Assembly: GCF_000400465.1 (NCBI RefSeq)
Contig: NW_008806279.1
Coordinates: forward strand, 386,107-418,106
Direction of reading: 5' to 3'
DNA from: Wallemia ichthyophaga EXF-994
Taxonomy: Eukaryota; Fungi; Basidiomycota
DNA length: 32,000 bases
In this document: positions 11,099 to 22,581 of the stretch, piece after piece
Numbering within the stretch: the first letter of the stretch is position 1
Layout: the number at the start of each line of letters is the position of its first letter
The notes under the pieces: generated by a model
Databases searched by the model: none
What the model was told of the DNA's origin: nothing
What the model saw: only the letters and a program-made list of their open reading frames with translations
Translations under genes and position numbers: made by a program

Positions 11099-11786
11099 CG
11101 ATCCATTTCAAGTGCTTGAGTTGCCAAAGACAGCATCACAAGGTGAAATTAGGAAGCAGTATTTAAAGCTAGCCAGGCAGCATCATCCAGATAAAGTACA
11201 TGACTCACAGAAACCCCAAGCAGAGGAGTCATTCAGGCAGATCAGTGTGGCATATGAAACTCTAACGCAACCACCTTCAGAAAGATCCTCTAGCTCACAC
11301 TCACAAGCATACGCTGATCCTTTCTCCATGTTCGATCAGCTATTCGCCCAAATGAGATCATCTTCTGGTTTCTTCAACGATCCTTTCTTTGGCGGTGATA
11401 GTATGGGCGGAGATTCGTTCTTCGCTGATCCTTTCACTGCTCCCTCCCACAGAAGACGCGACCCATTTGCAGATATGATGGGTGGCGGTGGTTTCATGGG
11501 CATGGGCATGGGCGGGATGGGTATGCCATCCATGATGTCACCAGGAGGAATGGGAATGGGTAGATCAGCAGGCAGATCAATCTCAACAACCGTCGTAAAT
11601 GGAAGGAAAGAAACGCGCGAGACTAACACAAACAGTGACGGGTCGTCGACAACGACTATAACTACACCTGAGGGTTCATACCAAACAACACAGCAAGCGC
11701 AGCTTCCACAGCAATCAAGCTCAAGCTCTACCAATTCAAGGCAATTCAACGCCTTGCCAAGCGCGTATAACAGTTATTGGATGTAG
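11094..11786 (+). CDS. Class B J-domain (Hsp40) co-chaperone with G/F/M-rich linker and S/T-rich C-terminal region; intronless
   Basis: MADPFQVLEL..ASQGEIRKQYLKLARQHHPDK..AEESFRQISVAYETL contains the HPD motif. It is followed by FF.DPFF repeats, a GM-rich segment and SISTTVVNGRKETRET. The real ATG is at 11094; the ORF track uses an upstream TTG. Confidence 0.92.
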   Translation: MADPFQVLELPKTASQGEIRKQYLKLARQHHPDKVHDSQKPQAEESFRQISVAYETLTQPPSERSSSSHSQAYADPFSMFDQLFAQMRSSSGFFNDPFFGGDSMGGDSFFADPFTAPSHRRRDPFADMMGGGGFMGMGMGGMGMPSMMSPGGMGMGRSAGRSISTTVVNGRKETRETNTNSDGSSTTTITTPEGSYQTTQQAQLPQQSSSSSTNSRQFNALPSAYNSYWM

Positions 11787-11884
11787 AATAGTGGTTGTTG
11801 ATACTTGTACACTGATTATATAAACATTATTGCTCTATTTATTGGGTGGTTTGTTGCTGTTACTGCTACTATTCACTACAACTA

Positions 11885-12152
11885 CTACTGCTGCTGCTCG
11901 TCCATAATCACACTCCATACTGAGGCCTTGTACAGCGTCAACACTAAACCCATCTTCTGCTCTAAATGGCGCAGCTGGAGCAGTAGCTGCTCATTTGGAT
12001 TCTGGCTGAGCTCCTTACACACGTGATTGAACTGAGATTTGTGAGCGTGGCAGTGCTGCTAGAAAACTACCGACCCTCTTCATCGTTTGAGCTATCTGCG
12101 TATATTCCATTAACACCGCATTCTCCAATTCGCTGACATTATTCTCATCCAT
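11885..12152 (-). CDS. DAD3: DASH/Dam1 kinetochore complex subunit Dad3 (~74 aa), absent from the ORF track; intron 12074-12032
   Basis: Spliced product MDENNVSELENAVLMEYTQIAQTMKRFNHVCKELSQNPNEQLLLQLRHLEQKMGLVLTLYKASVWSVIMDEQQQ matches Dad3 hallmarks (LE..VL.EY; LR.LE.K..LV.TL.KASV). Confidence 0.88.
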
Positions 12153-12216
12153 CCTCGCCGTCGATATTCTAGTGTGTGGCTAGTTGAAACGCGACGGCGA
12201 GGTACACGCGCTATAA

Positions 12217-12975
12217 ATGTCTCGACGGAATAACAAAGGCATTGGATCATTGCACCAGCAGCATCACCAAAACAACGACGCTTATCGCAGTCTCGGGAAC
12301 AGTATAAATGCGCAACAACTACAATCGATACATCATCAAATATCCACTTTCAAACAATATCTCACTGATTTCTCAAAAAACCATCGCAAAGACATTGAAA
12401 GCAATGTTCAATTCAGAAACCGTTTCACTGAAATGTGCTCAACTATCGACGTTGATCCACTCAATATCAGTAGAGGCAGTCTATTCAGTAATTTGACTGG
12501 TTTCTCTGATTTCTACTTATCTCTCGCTGTACAACTCGTTGATATGTGCGTATCTACCGCAACACTCACAGGTGGTCTAGTCAGAGTTGAAGATATTCTC
12601 AACGCTCTCTCCCTCAAGCGAAAAACCCAAATCACACTAAGTGACCTACAGAAGTCTATTAAGGTATTGGCACCTCTGCATGATAATCGACATCAGTATG
12701 AGATCATACCTGTTAATCAAATCCTATACATGCGCTCACAACCTAAAGAACTCAATAACGACATGCTATCACTACTCTCACTCGCACATTCTAATCATGG
12801 TTGGATCGATCAATCCCTTGTCCAAAATGCTCAGTCGTGGACTGTCGAGAGAGTCAGAAATTCCCTTAGACAGGCTGTGATGGATGATGGTATTCTTTGG
12901 ATAGATAACCAAGCTCCTCAATCTAGATATTACTTTCCCTCTCTTTTTCAAGACATTGTTCAATCTCTTGTATAA
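12217..12975 (+). CDS. SNF8: ESCRT-II subunit Snf8/Vps22 (EAP30); intronless
   Basis: F...HRKDIESNVQFRNRFTEMCSTIDVDPL, DFYLSLAVQLVDMC.ST...TGGL, RSQPKELNND and LWIDNQ are EAP30/Vps22 motifs. Confidence 0.9.
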   Translation: MSRRNNKGIGSLHQQHHQNNDAYRSLGNSINAQQLQSIHHQISTFKQYLTDFSKNHRKDIESNVQFRNRFTEMCSTIDVDPLNISRGSLFSNLTGFSDFYLSLAVQLVDMCVSTATLTGGLVRVEDILNALSLKRKTQITLSDLQKSIKVLAPLHDNRHQYEIIPVNQILYMRSQPKELNNDMLSLLSLAHSNHGWIDQSLVQNAQSWTVERVRNSLRQAVMDDGILWIDNQAPQSRYYFPSLFQDIVQSLV

Positions 12976-12992
12976 TTTCACCCTTGCATGCT

Positions 12993-15900
12993 TTACAAAT
13001 AAACTTCCGATGCTATTATTCTTGTTATTGATTTACTCAGCCAGTCTGTATCCATCAGCCATTCCAACTGCTTATCCGAGGAGGTTGCATAAGTCTGCGC
13101 CTGGATGTAGACCTCTTCTGCCGTTGTCGCACGTATACGCGGTAACGGATGTAAAAGGTACTGTCTCAGTGTTTGATGAGCTTCTGAATAGCCAAATTTG
13201 TAGTATAACACCGTTGCAATCTTCATACCAACCGTGATCCGAGAGATTACTTTTGATTTCTGGCAGTATTTCTCGTTGAACGTGACGAGCTGCTTAAAAT
13301 GATCCTCTTTTTCAAATGCGCTCTCATCCGCAACGTTAAAAAGTATGTTGGCCAATCCAGTAAAGAAGCTAGTCTTGGTATTCGTTCCTGCCAGCTTCTG
13401 ACACCGTACCATTACATCATCCAGCAGCTCCTCAGATATACGCAGAACAGCTTTACGAGAGTTATAAACCGATACTTCATTCTTGCTGATAATTGCCAAA
13501 GCTAGTCCCATCAATATTCCATCTCTTACTGGCTCGCATTTCTCGTAAAGAGGTACCACGTTTTCGTATATTTTGTTGGACGAGTACACATCCTCAGTCA
13601 TTTGCTTAGTGTCCTCGATAAAGTGCTCAAGTGGTGTTGCCAGTGACTGAGTGGTGAATGGTAATATCTTCTCCAGCTCATCAAGCGCAATCCATCTGCT
13701 TGTGTAGATGTTATCGAGACTAACGCCTACCAGTCGACTGATTACCATCTCTACAAATCTAGACGAGTAATGCGCTCCAATGCACATTCCTAGCCCTTTT
13801 GCGCACGATTGACGCACCCACGCACCCACGTCTCCTCTTTGATCAATTGCATAATCCCACAGCCCATTGTAAAAATTATGTAAGACAGTTTCCTTCTGTG
13901 CATCATCGTCGAGCGATGAGAAGACTTTTGACAAAGACTCGTAAGCGTTCACCCGACATTCCACAACAACCTTAGCTTTACAGATACGCAGTAAGCATTC
14001 GAGAGCTTCCGTGCGCACTCCAACATTCGAGTAATGAATATGGCCTAATGCCAGAGGTATTGATTGCTGATGTGCCTCTTCAGCGGTGTCAAAGTCGCTT
14101 ATCATTTTGACTATTACTCTATCACAGTCGCAATTCTTGCTTAGTTTTCCGAGCGCATTTGAGGATGCGAATCTTACTACTTCAGACTTATGCGTCATAC
14201 CTGCGCTAATAATTTTCAGAGCTATGTCTTGGTGTTTGGGAGCATTGGTGGTATTCGAAACTGCTCCTATTACATTATTGCACACCTCTAACACTGGACT
14301 AAATCGGGGTGTTTGCAATGCCCAAAGCTGTACTTGCTTGAGTTGGCCGAAAACCTACATCGGGTTGCTTCAGAATCAGTTTTAAATAATACTCAACAAA
14401 CTCACCCGATCATGGAGCTCATTTGCGCAAGGTAGAGCAGAAGCAAGTTGGTAGAGTGTGGCAAGACTTCCATGCAATAGGATTGGATCGTTGGTAGATA
14501 TGCGCGGTGTCTTGATTTCAATTAAGTAATCAAAGACTGACTTTGAAGGCTAACTCACAAGCTTATTCACTACTTCGTCAACGAGATAAACGTGTTTCTC
14601 ACACACCCTGCCCATAAATTTGGATGAGAGCTTGCGCATGTCAAAATCCCAATGTGTAAGCACATTACTGGCGACGAATGGTATGATTGAATTGCGATAA
14701 AAGTCATACCTTCGAGAGGATTAGCTGGATGCTAAGATAGTACGCAGTACCCACTCGCATACTTCTACGGCAGCATCAAGGAAAGCGGTACGGCGCACGC
14801 CAACAACGAAGAAATCGACAGCGCGCAAAACATCGATACCATATTTTACGAGGTTCTATCAAGTACAAGTGAGCGTCTGCACCCACGTAAAACAGATACT
14901 CACTGTCCTGCCGACTAATTCTTGAAATGCCGCACTAGCAGCTCTGCGTATATGAACCTCACGATCGAACAAAGCTTTCTGAATGAGATTAACACTAACC
15001 GTGTCAATGATACTGGCCAGATGTTGTGGTGCTACGCTTCGCGCCATTGCCCAGAAAAGGTATGCAGCAGCATCGCGCGAATTGCTACCTACCGACGCCG
15101 CACCTTTCTTTAAATCAAAATGCAGACTTGCGACAGCAGCTGGAATCAGATTAGGAATGAAGTACGGCGGTACGATGCCATTTCGAACGCATTCAGCTAG
15201 TGCAAGCGTGGTTCCATGCCACGTGTTCTCGGATACCTGCGCATAATCACATGTAGCAAAAGCCTCGGTTGTCGCATCCTCCACATCAGTCCCATACGCG
15301 TATAGAGACAGAATTGCTTCGAGAATATCGCGCCTGCCTCCCTCATCAAGCTTGCCAGCTAGCCGCGAGAGATGTTTGGCTGCTGACCAGCGTACTATTG
15401 TATCACTATCACTGAGATAGTCTAGAAGCTGTCCAATAGTATCTTCGACTCTGTCGATATTTGTGCTGAGCTTGTTGGAAACTCTTGCTGTTAACTTGAC
15501 GTGGTACTTGCGTAGGAGAGGGTTTAAGCTACTTTTATCGACTGTGCGCGATAAAGCTACTTCTATTGGTGACTGGAGCTCCGCCACTGTAGCGCCTTGA
15601 CTGACTTTGAGGATCTCGCAAAAGAATTGGAGGATTGAAGGTGCCTTGTAAAGGCGTTAGAGGGTATAATTGCGAGTATCTACACCTACGATAAAAGCAT
15701 TCTTTTCGTGTGAGCTGAGTTGATCTGAGCACCAACCAACGAAACCGGAGAGGTAAGGTTTCATGTCCTGTCTGAGGGAGTATTGAGTAAAAGCAAGTCA
15801 TAGCTGTTGGAAAGACGGACCTCATGAATGCCCTGCTAAGTACGAGAACAGCTCCCTCACGCTCCTTTCCTGGGTAGAAGAAGTACTCTGTGCACAACCC

Positions 15901-16474
15901 TTGCAACTGAGCAGCGACATCCTCGCCTGGAAGTATCTTGCCAAGATCAAAAGGTATTTTGATAGCAATAGAAAGCCACAAAAGCACAACGTATCTAAAT
16001 TCCCAAGTCACAGTTTGAGTAAAGGATCGTGAAGCGTTGATAACCAAAACCAAGTCTGGTATGGAATGAGGGAAGAACCTGCTAATAACCTTGTAACCTC
16101 TAGTTTTGCAAAATGTGTATATAAGTCTCGACAGCGTATTCTTTGCGCTATCGCTGTGCTGATGAGATAACGATATCGATAGTGCGCTGATAGCGGGAGA
16201 AAGCATCCGATCTAAGTAAGGATCGAGCAGATAGCTTTGTTCCTGGTATATTTCTAGCTGTGTCCACCGTAAGCTCTCGCTCACGGGATGGCAAAACACG
16301 AACAATCAAACCAATTTGATAGACAGCGGAATCTTTGGCGCGTAGATCGACAACGCCTTCATCTAGTACTGTACTTAAATACCTGTTATAGTCCTGGAGA
16401 TGATTGAACGTCGACAGCAGCTCATCTTCATCCATCTCAATTCGATCTCCTCGCTGTTGCACCACAACCGCCAT
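12993..16474 (-). CDS. TBCD: Tubulin-folding cofactor D (TBCD; Cin1/Alp1 orthologue), HEAT-repeat protein; about 7 introns
   Basis: LEIYQEQSYLLDPYL, YTFCKTRGYKVISRFFPH, WEFRYVVLLWLS, LSDSDTIVRWSAAK, WHGTTLALAE, RDAAAYLFWAMAR, FDREVHIRRAASAAFQELVGR, DQRGDVGAWVR. The start could be the ATG at 16474 or at 16435. Confidence 0.93.
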
Positions 16475-16482
16475 CTACTCAA

Positions 16483-17644
16483 ATGATACCAATAATAGAC
16501 TTACACAATAAATCCCAAGAGGAATCAATAAAAGCCGCAGATGGCTTATCTACATATGGCGTTTTATTCGTCAGAGTCCCAAAGAGCGATAATCTCGAGA
16601 CATTCACAGACATGATGGAGGACTACTTTGACCAGCCTATCGATAAGCTCAAAGCGGATGAGAGGCCTGAGCACAGCTATCAAGTTGGATGTACTGTCGG
16701 TATTGAAAAGGCTAAATGCTTTTCGGTGCGTCATTCGTCCTTTTAAATTCTATGGCGGTGCTCAGTTATCCTTAGACACACGATGCTTACTGTGTCTCCG
16801 TTATCAATTCTCTCGAGGAGAGCGAGAGACCGACACCTGTGGAAGCAAACGGCGACGGCAGTGATTTGAAATGTCGTTTCTTCCATAGAATGTCGACGCC
16901 AGATCCCAACACCCAATACGCAACTGATATGCTCCAGAACATCACTCCCGCTGACTTCAAAGGCAGGAACTGGGAGGGTGTGATGAACGATACTGGAAAG
17001 GTGTTTCTCAACGCAATAGAGCACCTCTCCATTCTTTTGGCTCAAGGACTAGGTTTGCCACCTGACACGTTCGTAGATTCGGCCAAGTACGGCAATCACT
17101 TACTTGCGCCAACTGGTTCTGATCTCAGTAAGTATGGCTACCTCAACTCAGTCCTGGCCGGGTTCCATGTGGGTGTGGCACTCTCTCTCAACTCGACTAA
17201 CCTTCGCAGACGGATTTGAACTTTCTCACTATACACGGAAAATCTAGATTCTCGGGTTTGAGTATCTGGGCGCGCAACACGGGCAAGAAAATCCCAGTGT
17301 CTATACCAGACGGCTGTTACCTCGTCCAAGCAGGTAAACAACTAGAACATTACACTGGCGGGAAGATTTTGGCCGGATTCCATGAGGTGGGTTTGGTTGT
17401 TTTGCATGTTATGCGCTAATTTCAAACTTAGGTTGTTGTTAATGACAAGACAATCAGTCAGATTGAGAATCACATGCAGCAACATCCAGCTCGGCCATTG
17501 ATTCGCGTTTCAAGCACATTTTTCTACCATCTCTCTTCTTCGCTTCCTTTGCCCGAGCACCTGCCAAAGTATCCCGCTATGAATGTCGGCGATTTAGTCA
17601 TGAATGAACTCAAGTCGATTGGGCTAAGCGAGGATGCCAAATGA
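16483..17644 (+). CDS. 2-oxoglutarate/Fe(II)-dependent dioxygenase (IPNS/clavaminate-synthase-like fold), substrate unknown; 3 introns
   Basis: MIPIIDL N-terminus, HLLAPTGSDL, spliced FHTDLNFLTIHGKSRFSGL (HxD), AGKQLEHYTGG..AGFHEVVV (distal His) and RVSS (2OG-binding RxS). Confidence 0.85.
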
Positions 17645-17699
17645 GGCTGTGTTGTAATATACTAATGACTACTAAGGATTAATCATTTCCTTTAACTGT

Positions 17700-19214
17700 C
17701 TGTGTTTGTTAACGTCATGAGGGTTTCTTTGAGCAGAGATGAAATAATTGGGCGTCTTATCCTGTCAAGCACACTTTCACTGATAGTGTCTTGATCCCTG
17801 CTCTATTGGAATTTGTTCCTAGCTTCCTTTATGTGGAAGGACTTGTTCAATTGTCAACTAAGAATCCTCTCTATTCAAAGCCGAGTGCGTCATAGCACCG
17901 AGACTGCAGCTTTCATGGGTAATAATGTTATGATTTTTAGTTGCTGGTTGCGCAAACAGGGCGGGGGTATTCCTGATGACTAATGTTATGCAGTGCTCTG
18001 TAATTGTCTGACTGTATTTTGCATGTTGCAGAGAGAGTGATTTGGGACTTAAAATTAAGGTTTCATACTATCGTGATTTCTGTGGTACCAACGCACACTT
18101 ATTTAACCCTCTACTCTAATTATATGACTTTTCGAAATTCACCTGGTTAGGCTAAACCCTGATTCAAAGTTAAACTGACCCCCACTTTTTAGTACATCAA
18201 TAGCTTTCGATAGGTACGTGATAAATTGAAGTGGCCACATATTTTCCTGGAGTCAGCATCTAGTCTTGGAGACGCTAAGTGTCGGAAAACGCAAGTTAAA
18301 CGGATGAACACTTAAAATTTTCCGAATCTTGTGGTCTTTATAAGTCAAAAGATTTTATAGCAATCAATCAAGTACATTAGATACTCTATATCTATCCTAT
18401 AGCGTGCCTCAGATCGATGTCGGATCGCTACTTCCAAACCTTTTGTAGGACGAAATTTGAGCCCCAGGGATATCATTTGAGCTTACATTTCCTCGAATTG
18501 TCCACGAGTATCGTCAGAGCCTTTTTATTTGGAGAATTCAAAAAGTCATATATCGGCCATCTGAGATCTGATCACTGCCCTCTGGAGATTCCAAGACCGC
18601 GGATTTTAGGTGGATGAATAAAATAAAAGTACATCAGAATGCTTGATTTTATATGAAGATACGGTGCTAATTTATTTCCCAGAATGTCATTTGTGACATC
18701 GCCTCCCACTTTCTTTACCGTTTACAGGGCCAGGTGAACAGGTCCAATTCAGTGAAGTGCTGTATATCGCTTTTGCTCATCGAATTCACTGTCAATGTAC
18801 TAGATAAAGCACTCAAACCACCCTTCTATGTCAAAGACCCAACTAACGTCATCAAAGATATCATTTAGTATGACTTTGAGTGATTTAGAGGCCGGAGAAG
18901 GTGATTGATATGCTCTAGGGGGTATAAGATTGTCACAGCTGTTTATATATGCCTTCCTCTTGTCATTAAAATCATTTTCGATCCTGTGACTGAGGGAAAA
19001 GATGAAAATAGGGCTGAGCGAAAGACAAACTTAGCATAGAGAAAGCGCAGCAAACAATGAGAGAGGAAGCACTCAGTTTGCGTGCACCAACTTACATCAA
19101 CAGCCAAGACACGAAAATCATGCGTGGGTGATGGCTCAGGACGAACGTGACAGGATTAAAGAAAGCGAAGAAACGGGAAAAGCGAGGATAGTGAAAAAAT
19201 CGGAGAAAATGCAT
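17700..19214 (-). pseudogene. Possible lineage-specific gene or decayed gene: signal-peptide-like first exons, then stop-interrupted coding-like sequence
   Basis: ATG 19121 (or 19214) MIFVSWLL, a GTAAGT..GCTCAG intron (19095-19014) and an open exon IPIFIFSLSHRIENDFNDK... Downstream there are further intron-like signals, but I could not assemble a stop-free model. Confidence 0.3.
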
Positions 19215-19227
19215 CCAAACGATATAT

Positions 19228-20939
19228 CTACGGGGCCAATCTCTTAGGGTCTCTAGGGAAGAGGGAGGCGCGTCTGATGTTGTTGAGCTTAAGGAAGAGC
19301 ATGAGAACGCGCTCGAGTCCAATACCACCACCGGCGTGAGGAGGAGCACCAACGGCAAAAGCGTCGAGATAGCCTGTTGTGTGGAGTCAGTCTTAATAAT
19401 ACAAATTAAACACCAACTCACCCTGCATGTCGGAGGGATTCATGCCGTGCTCGCGCATTCTTTGTGCGAGGAAGGCAGGGTCATGTATACGCTGCGCACC
19501 ACTGAGGATCTCCTCGCCGCGCATGAAGAAGTCGTACGAGTTCGAGTAGCGGTTGTCGGTAGGATCAGGCATGGACTGGTGGAGTAATTAGTTAGCTGTG
19601 TGCCTCACGCAGAAATTTCACCCACGTAGAATGGTCTGCAGCTGAGAGGGAATTTGTCGAGGATGTAGTAATCCGTGTTGTACTTGTCCTTGACGAGCGC
19701 ACCGAGGAACTTCTCCGTCTCAGTGTTGAAGTCTTCGAAGTCGTCGACCTCTCTACCAGCCTCTCTAAGCATCTTGATCGCGTCTTTGTAGTGCAGCTTA
19801 ACAGTTTGGTCAGGGAAGACGAACTCGTCGTGAGGGAACTGCTTCTTGATGATGTCAATCTCCTTGGCATATTGCGTGTTCAGGCCACGGAAGATCGTCT
19901 TGAACATCTCGTCCATCACCTCGACGACCTCGTGGTAGTGTTCTTCAAACGCCATCTCTAAATCGAGACCAGTGAATTCTGTCATATGACGGTGGGTGTT
20001 TGAATTCTCTGCACGGAAGACAGGACCAATTTCGTAGACTTTCTCAAAATCGGCTGCTATGCACATTTGTTTTGGCAATTGTGGGGACTGAGCAAGGAAA
20101 GCCTGGGATTTGAAGTAGGAGACGTTAAAGACAGACGCACCAGATTCAGACGCGGCGCCCATGAGCTTAGGAGAGTGAATTTCGATAAAGTCTCTGGAGT
20201 CGAGAGATTGCCTGAAGAGGCGACAAATGGCAGACTGGACTTTGAAGATGGCTTGGTTGGTTTGAGTGCGGAGGTCGACGACACGGTTGTCGAGTCTGGT
20301 TTCCAAGTGGACCTTGTTAAATTGAGCGTCTTCTTTCTCGTACTCAGCTTCAGGGCGCGAGGCGTCTTCGATGGTGAATGGGAGAGAGCCACCAGGTACG
20401 TCAGAGATAGTGAAGAGCTTCTCTATAGCGATTTCAGCGTCATGTTGGGTTGCAGAGTTAACGGGATCCTTTGGGAGTTGCACGGAGCCTTCAATAAGGA
20501 CGATCGATTCGTCGCCGAGTGAGGCAGCCCATTTAACCATCTGCTTCGAGACGGCGGGTTCGCTGGCAACGAGAACACCTTGGATGGATTTATCCTGCTG
20601 GCGAAAGTTGAAGAATACCATTTTGGCGCCTTGGGCACGGGAAGTGTGGACTCTAGCCCTGATTGTAATGTGTTGGTTGTTTAGTGATGCGTTTATGTGT
20701 TCAATTTGGGTGCGTGGGATGTGTGTGCGTTGCTGGGAGTGCACGGAGATAGGGCCGTAGTTCTGGGCAGCTGTGTCGATGGCATTGGCCTCCTGCTTGT
20801 CCTTCTGCTCTGCAGCCAAACGGTCCTGGACCGCTTTTTTCTTTGCGTCTTTCTCTTGTTGCTGCTTGAGCTTCTTCAAGGCAGATTTGGTCAGTGGCTG
20901 TCCGTTCGCGTCTAATACTGGGGCTTCGTCTGATGACAT
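19228..20939 (-). CDS. DPS1: Cytosolic aspartyl-tRNA synthetase; 2 introns near the 3' end
   Basis: [117 protein letters not shown] at 20939. Confidence 0.97.
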
Positions 20940-20970
20940 GGCTGAGTGAGTCAAAGAAGAAGACGAGTTT

Positions 20971-22469
20971 ATGGATTACAATCAAGTTAAAAATCATTTT
21001 ATAAGCGGCAATTGCGGTAGCTCAGTGTGGAACATCAACAATTTAGCCCTCATTTCGATAAACTCATTCCTACTCTACTCGATTTTGGTTAAGCGGTGGA
21101 AACTGAGCGTACTGGCGCAGAGTTGCGTACTTTTCATACCACAATTTCTGGCAGTTACGCTGCTTTACACCCATCTCACGCTATTCAACAGCTGTCTCCT
21201 CGCTGTCACCGCACTCACCGCGCAATTTCACCGAATCCCTCAACAACACACAAAACACACAAAACACGCAAACTCTATTACATCATTTGATTTTGATAAC
21301 CAATCCCGCTGTAACACTCAGCCACCGTCCCCACTCCCCGTACACTCGTCGCTCCAGATCCATTTGACAAACAAATCCTACATCACCAACTACCGCGGCT
21401 ATCTGTTATTCTTCACCTTCATATCCATCCTAGCTGTGGACTTTAATGTGTTCCCAAAAGTCCTGTCGAAAACAGAGTCATTCGGGACGAGTTTCATGGA
21501 TCTAGGCGTCGGGTCTTTTACATTGGCTTTTGGCTTAGTGGATGCTAGATATCACCTGCTTGGCAAGTACAACACGCGCAAAGTACTTCCACTTGTCGTT
21601 CTAGCCATGATGAGGCTGATATCCGTCACTGTGACCAACTATCCACAGCACTACTCGGAGTACGGCACCCACTGGAACTTCTTCCTCACTCTAGCTGCTT
21701 TGCCGCTGCTGGCGAAGCCACTGACCATCCTCAACATCCATACGCGCATTCAGTTCTCGTGGATGGCCATCGTCATTGGCTGTGTGTTTCAGCTGGTACT
21801 GGCACTCACATCTCTGCAGCACTGGTCATTGAATGCACCGCGCGCAAATCTCCTCTCTCATAACAAGGAGGGTCTAGTGAGCATAGTGGGATACCTCTGC
21901 ATATACCTCTTCGGGCTGGACATTGGTCTCTATTCACTGCCCCAGCACCCATACGCCTACTTCCGCAACACGCTCACTAAGCCCGTCCATGCCGACCAGC
22001 GGGGAAAGCTGCTGAGTGTGCTGTTCTCCTATGCGATTCTGTACTGGTGTGGATATGGCGTAGTGCGTGGATTGAATATGGGCGTCTCGCGCAGAATCGC
22101 CAACCTGCCTTATGTACTTTGGACAGCAGCGTTCAACACCACTTTCTTGACGCTGTTCGTCCTCATCGATCTGGTGCACTTCAAGACGCCTGCGCGCCAG
22201 TCGCTCGCTGTACCGGGGATGATGGGCGCTATCAACAGCAATGCCCTGGCTCTGTTCCTAATAGTGGGTTGATACTCCGCGCGATAGCTGTAGCGATGCA
22301 CAACTCACACTATACAAACCAGGCAAATGTGTTCACGGGACTCGTTAACCTCTCCATGCAAACCATCTACGCAGGTACGGTAACGTCGCTAGCTGTGCTC
22401 GCCGCATACACCGTCACTCTTCTCTCGATAGCGTGGATCAGTCGGGAGAAGAAGCTGCTGCGGCTTTAA
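20971..22469 (+). CDS. GWT1: GPI inositol acyltransferase Gwt1/PIG-W; intron ~22264-22322
   Basis: ILAVDF..FP...SKTESFGTSFMDLGVGSF, HYSEYGTHWNFF.TL, NKEGLVS..GY, VSRRIANLPYVLW, spliced N.LALFLI-ANVFTGLVNLSM. Confidence 0.95.
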
Positions 22470-22581
22470 GAGGGGTGTTGAGTGTATAGTACGTATCTGA
22501 AACTAATATAATCTGTCTGTAATACGCAACACGCAACACGCAACTTTGTTTTGTACCTCGACGTCATCTTGTACCACCATC

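Noticed and set aside
11805-12026. 73-aa + strand ORF in the track
   Set aside because: Antisense shadow of DAD3 and its 3' UTR; non-ATG start.
18417-18617. 66-aa + strand ORF in the gap region
   Set aside because: No motif, no supporting splice structure, length within chance expectation.
20057-20997. Many overlapping antisense and alternate-frame ORFs over DPS1 (also over 26.4-26.9 kb and 29.0-30.2 kb)
   Set aside because: Shadow ORFs caused by codon bias and low-complexity repeats of the real gene; no independent motifs.
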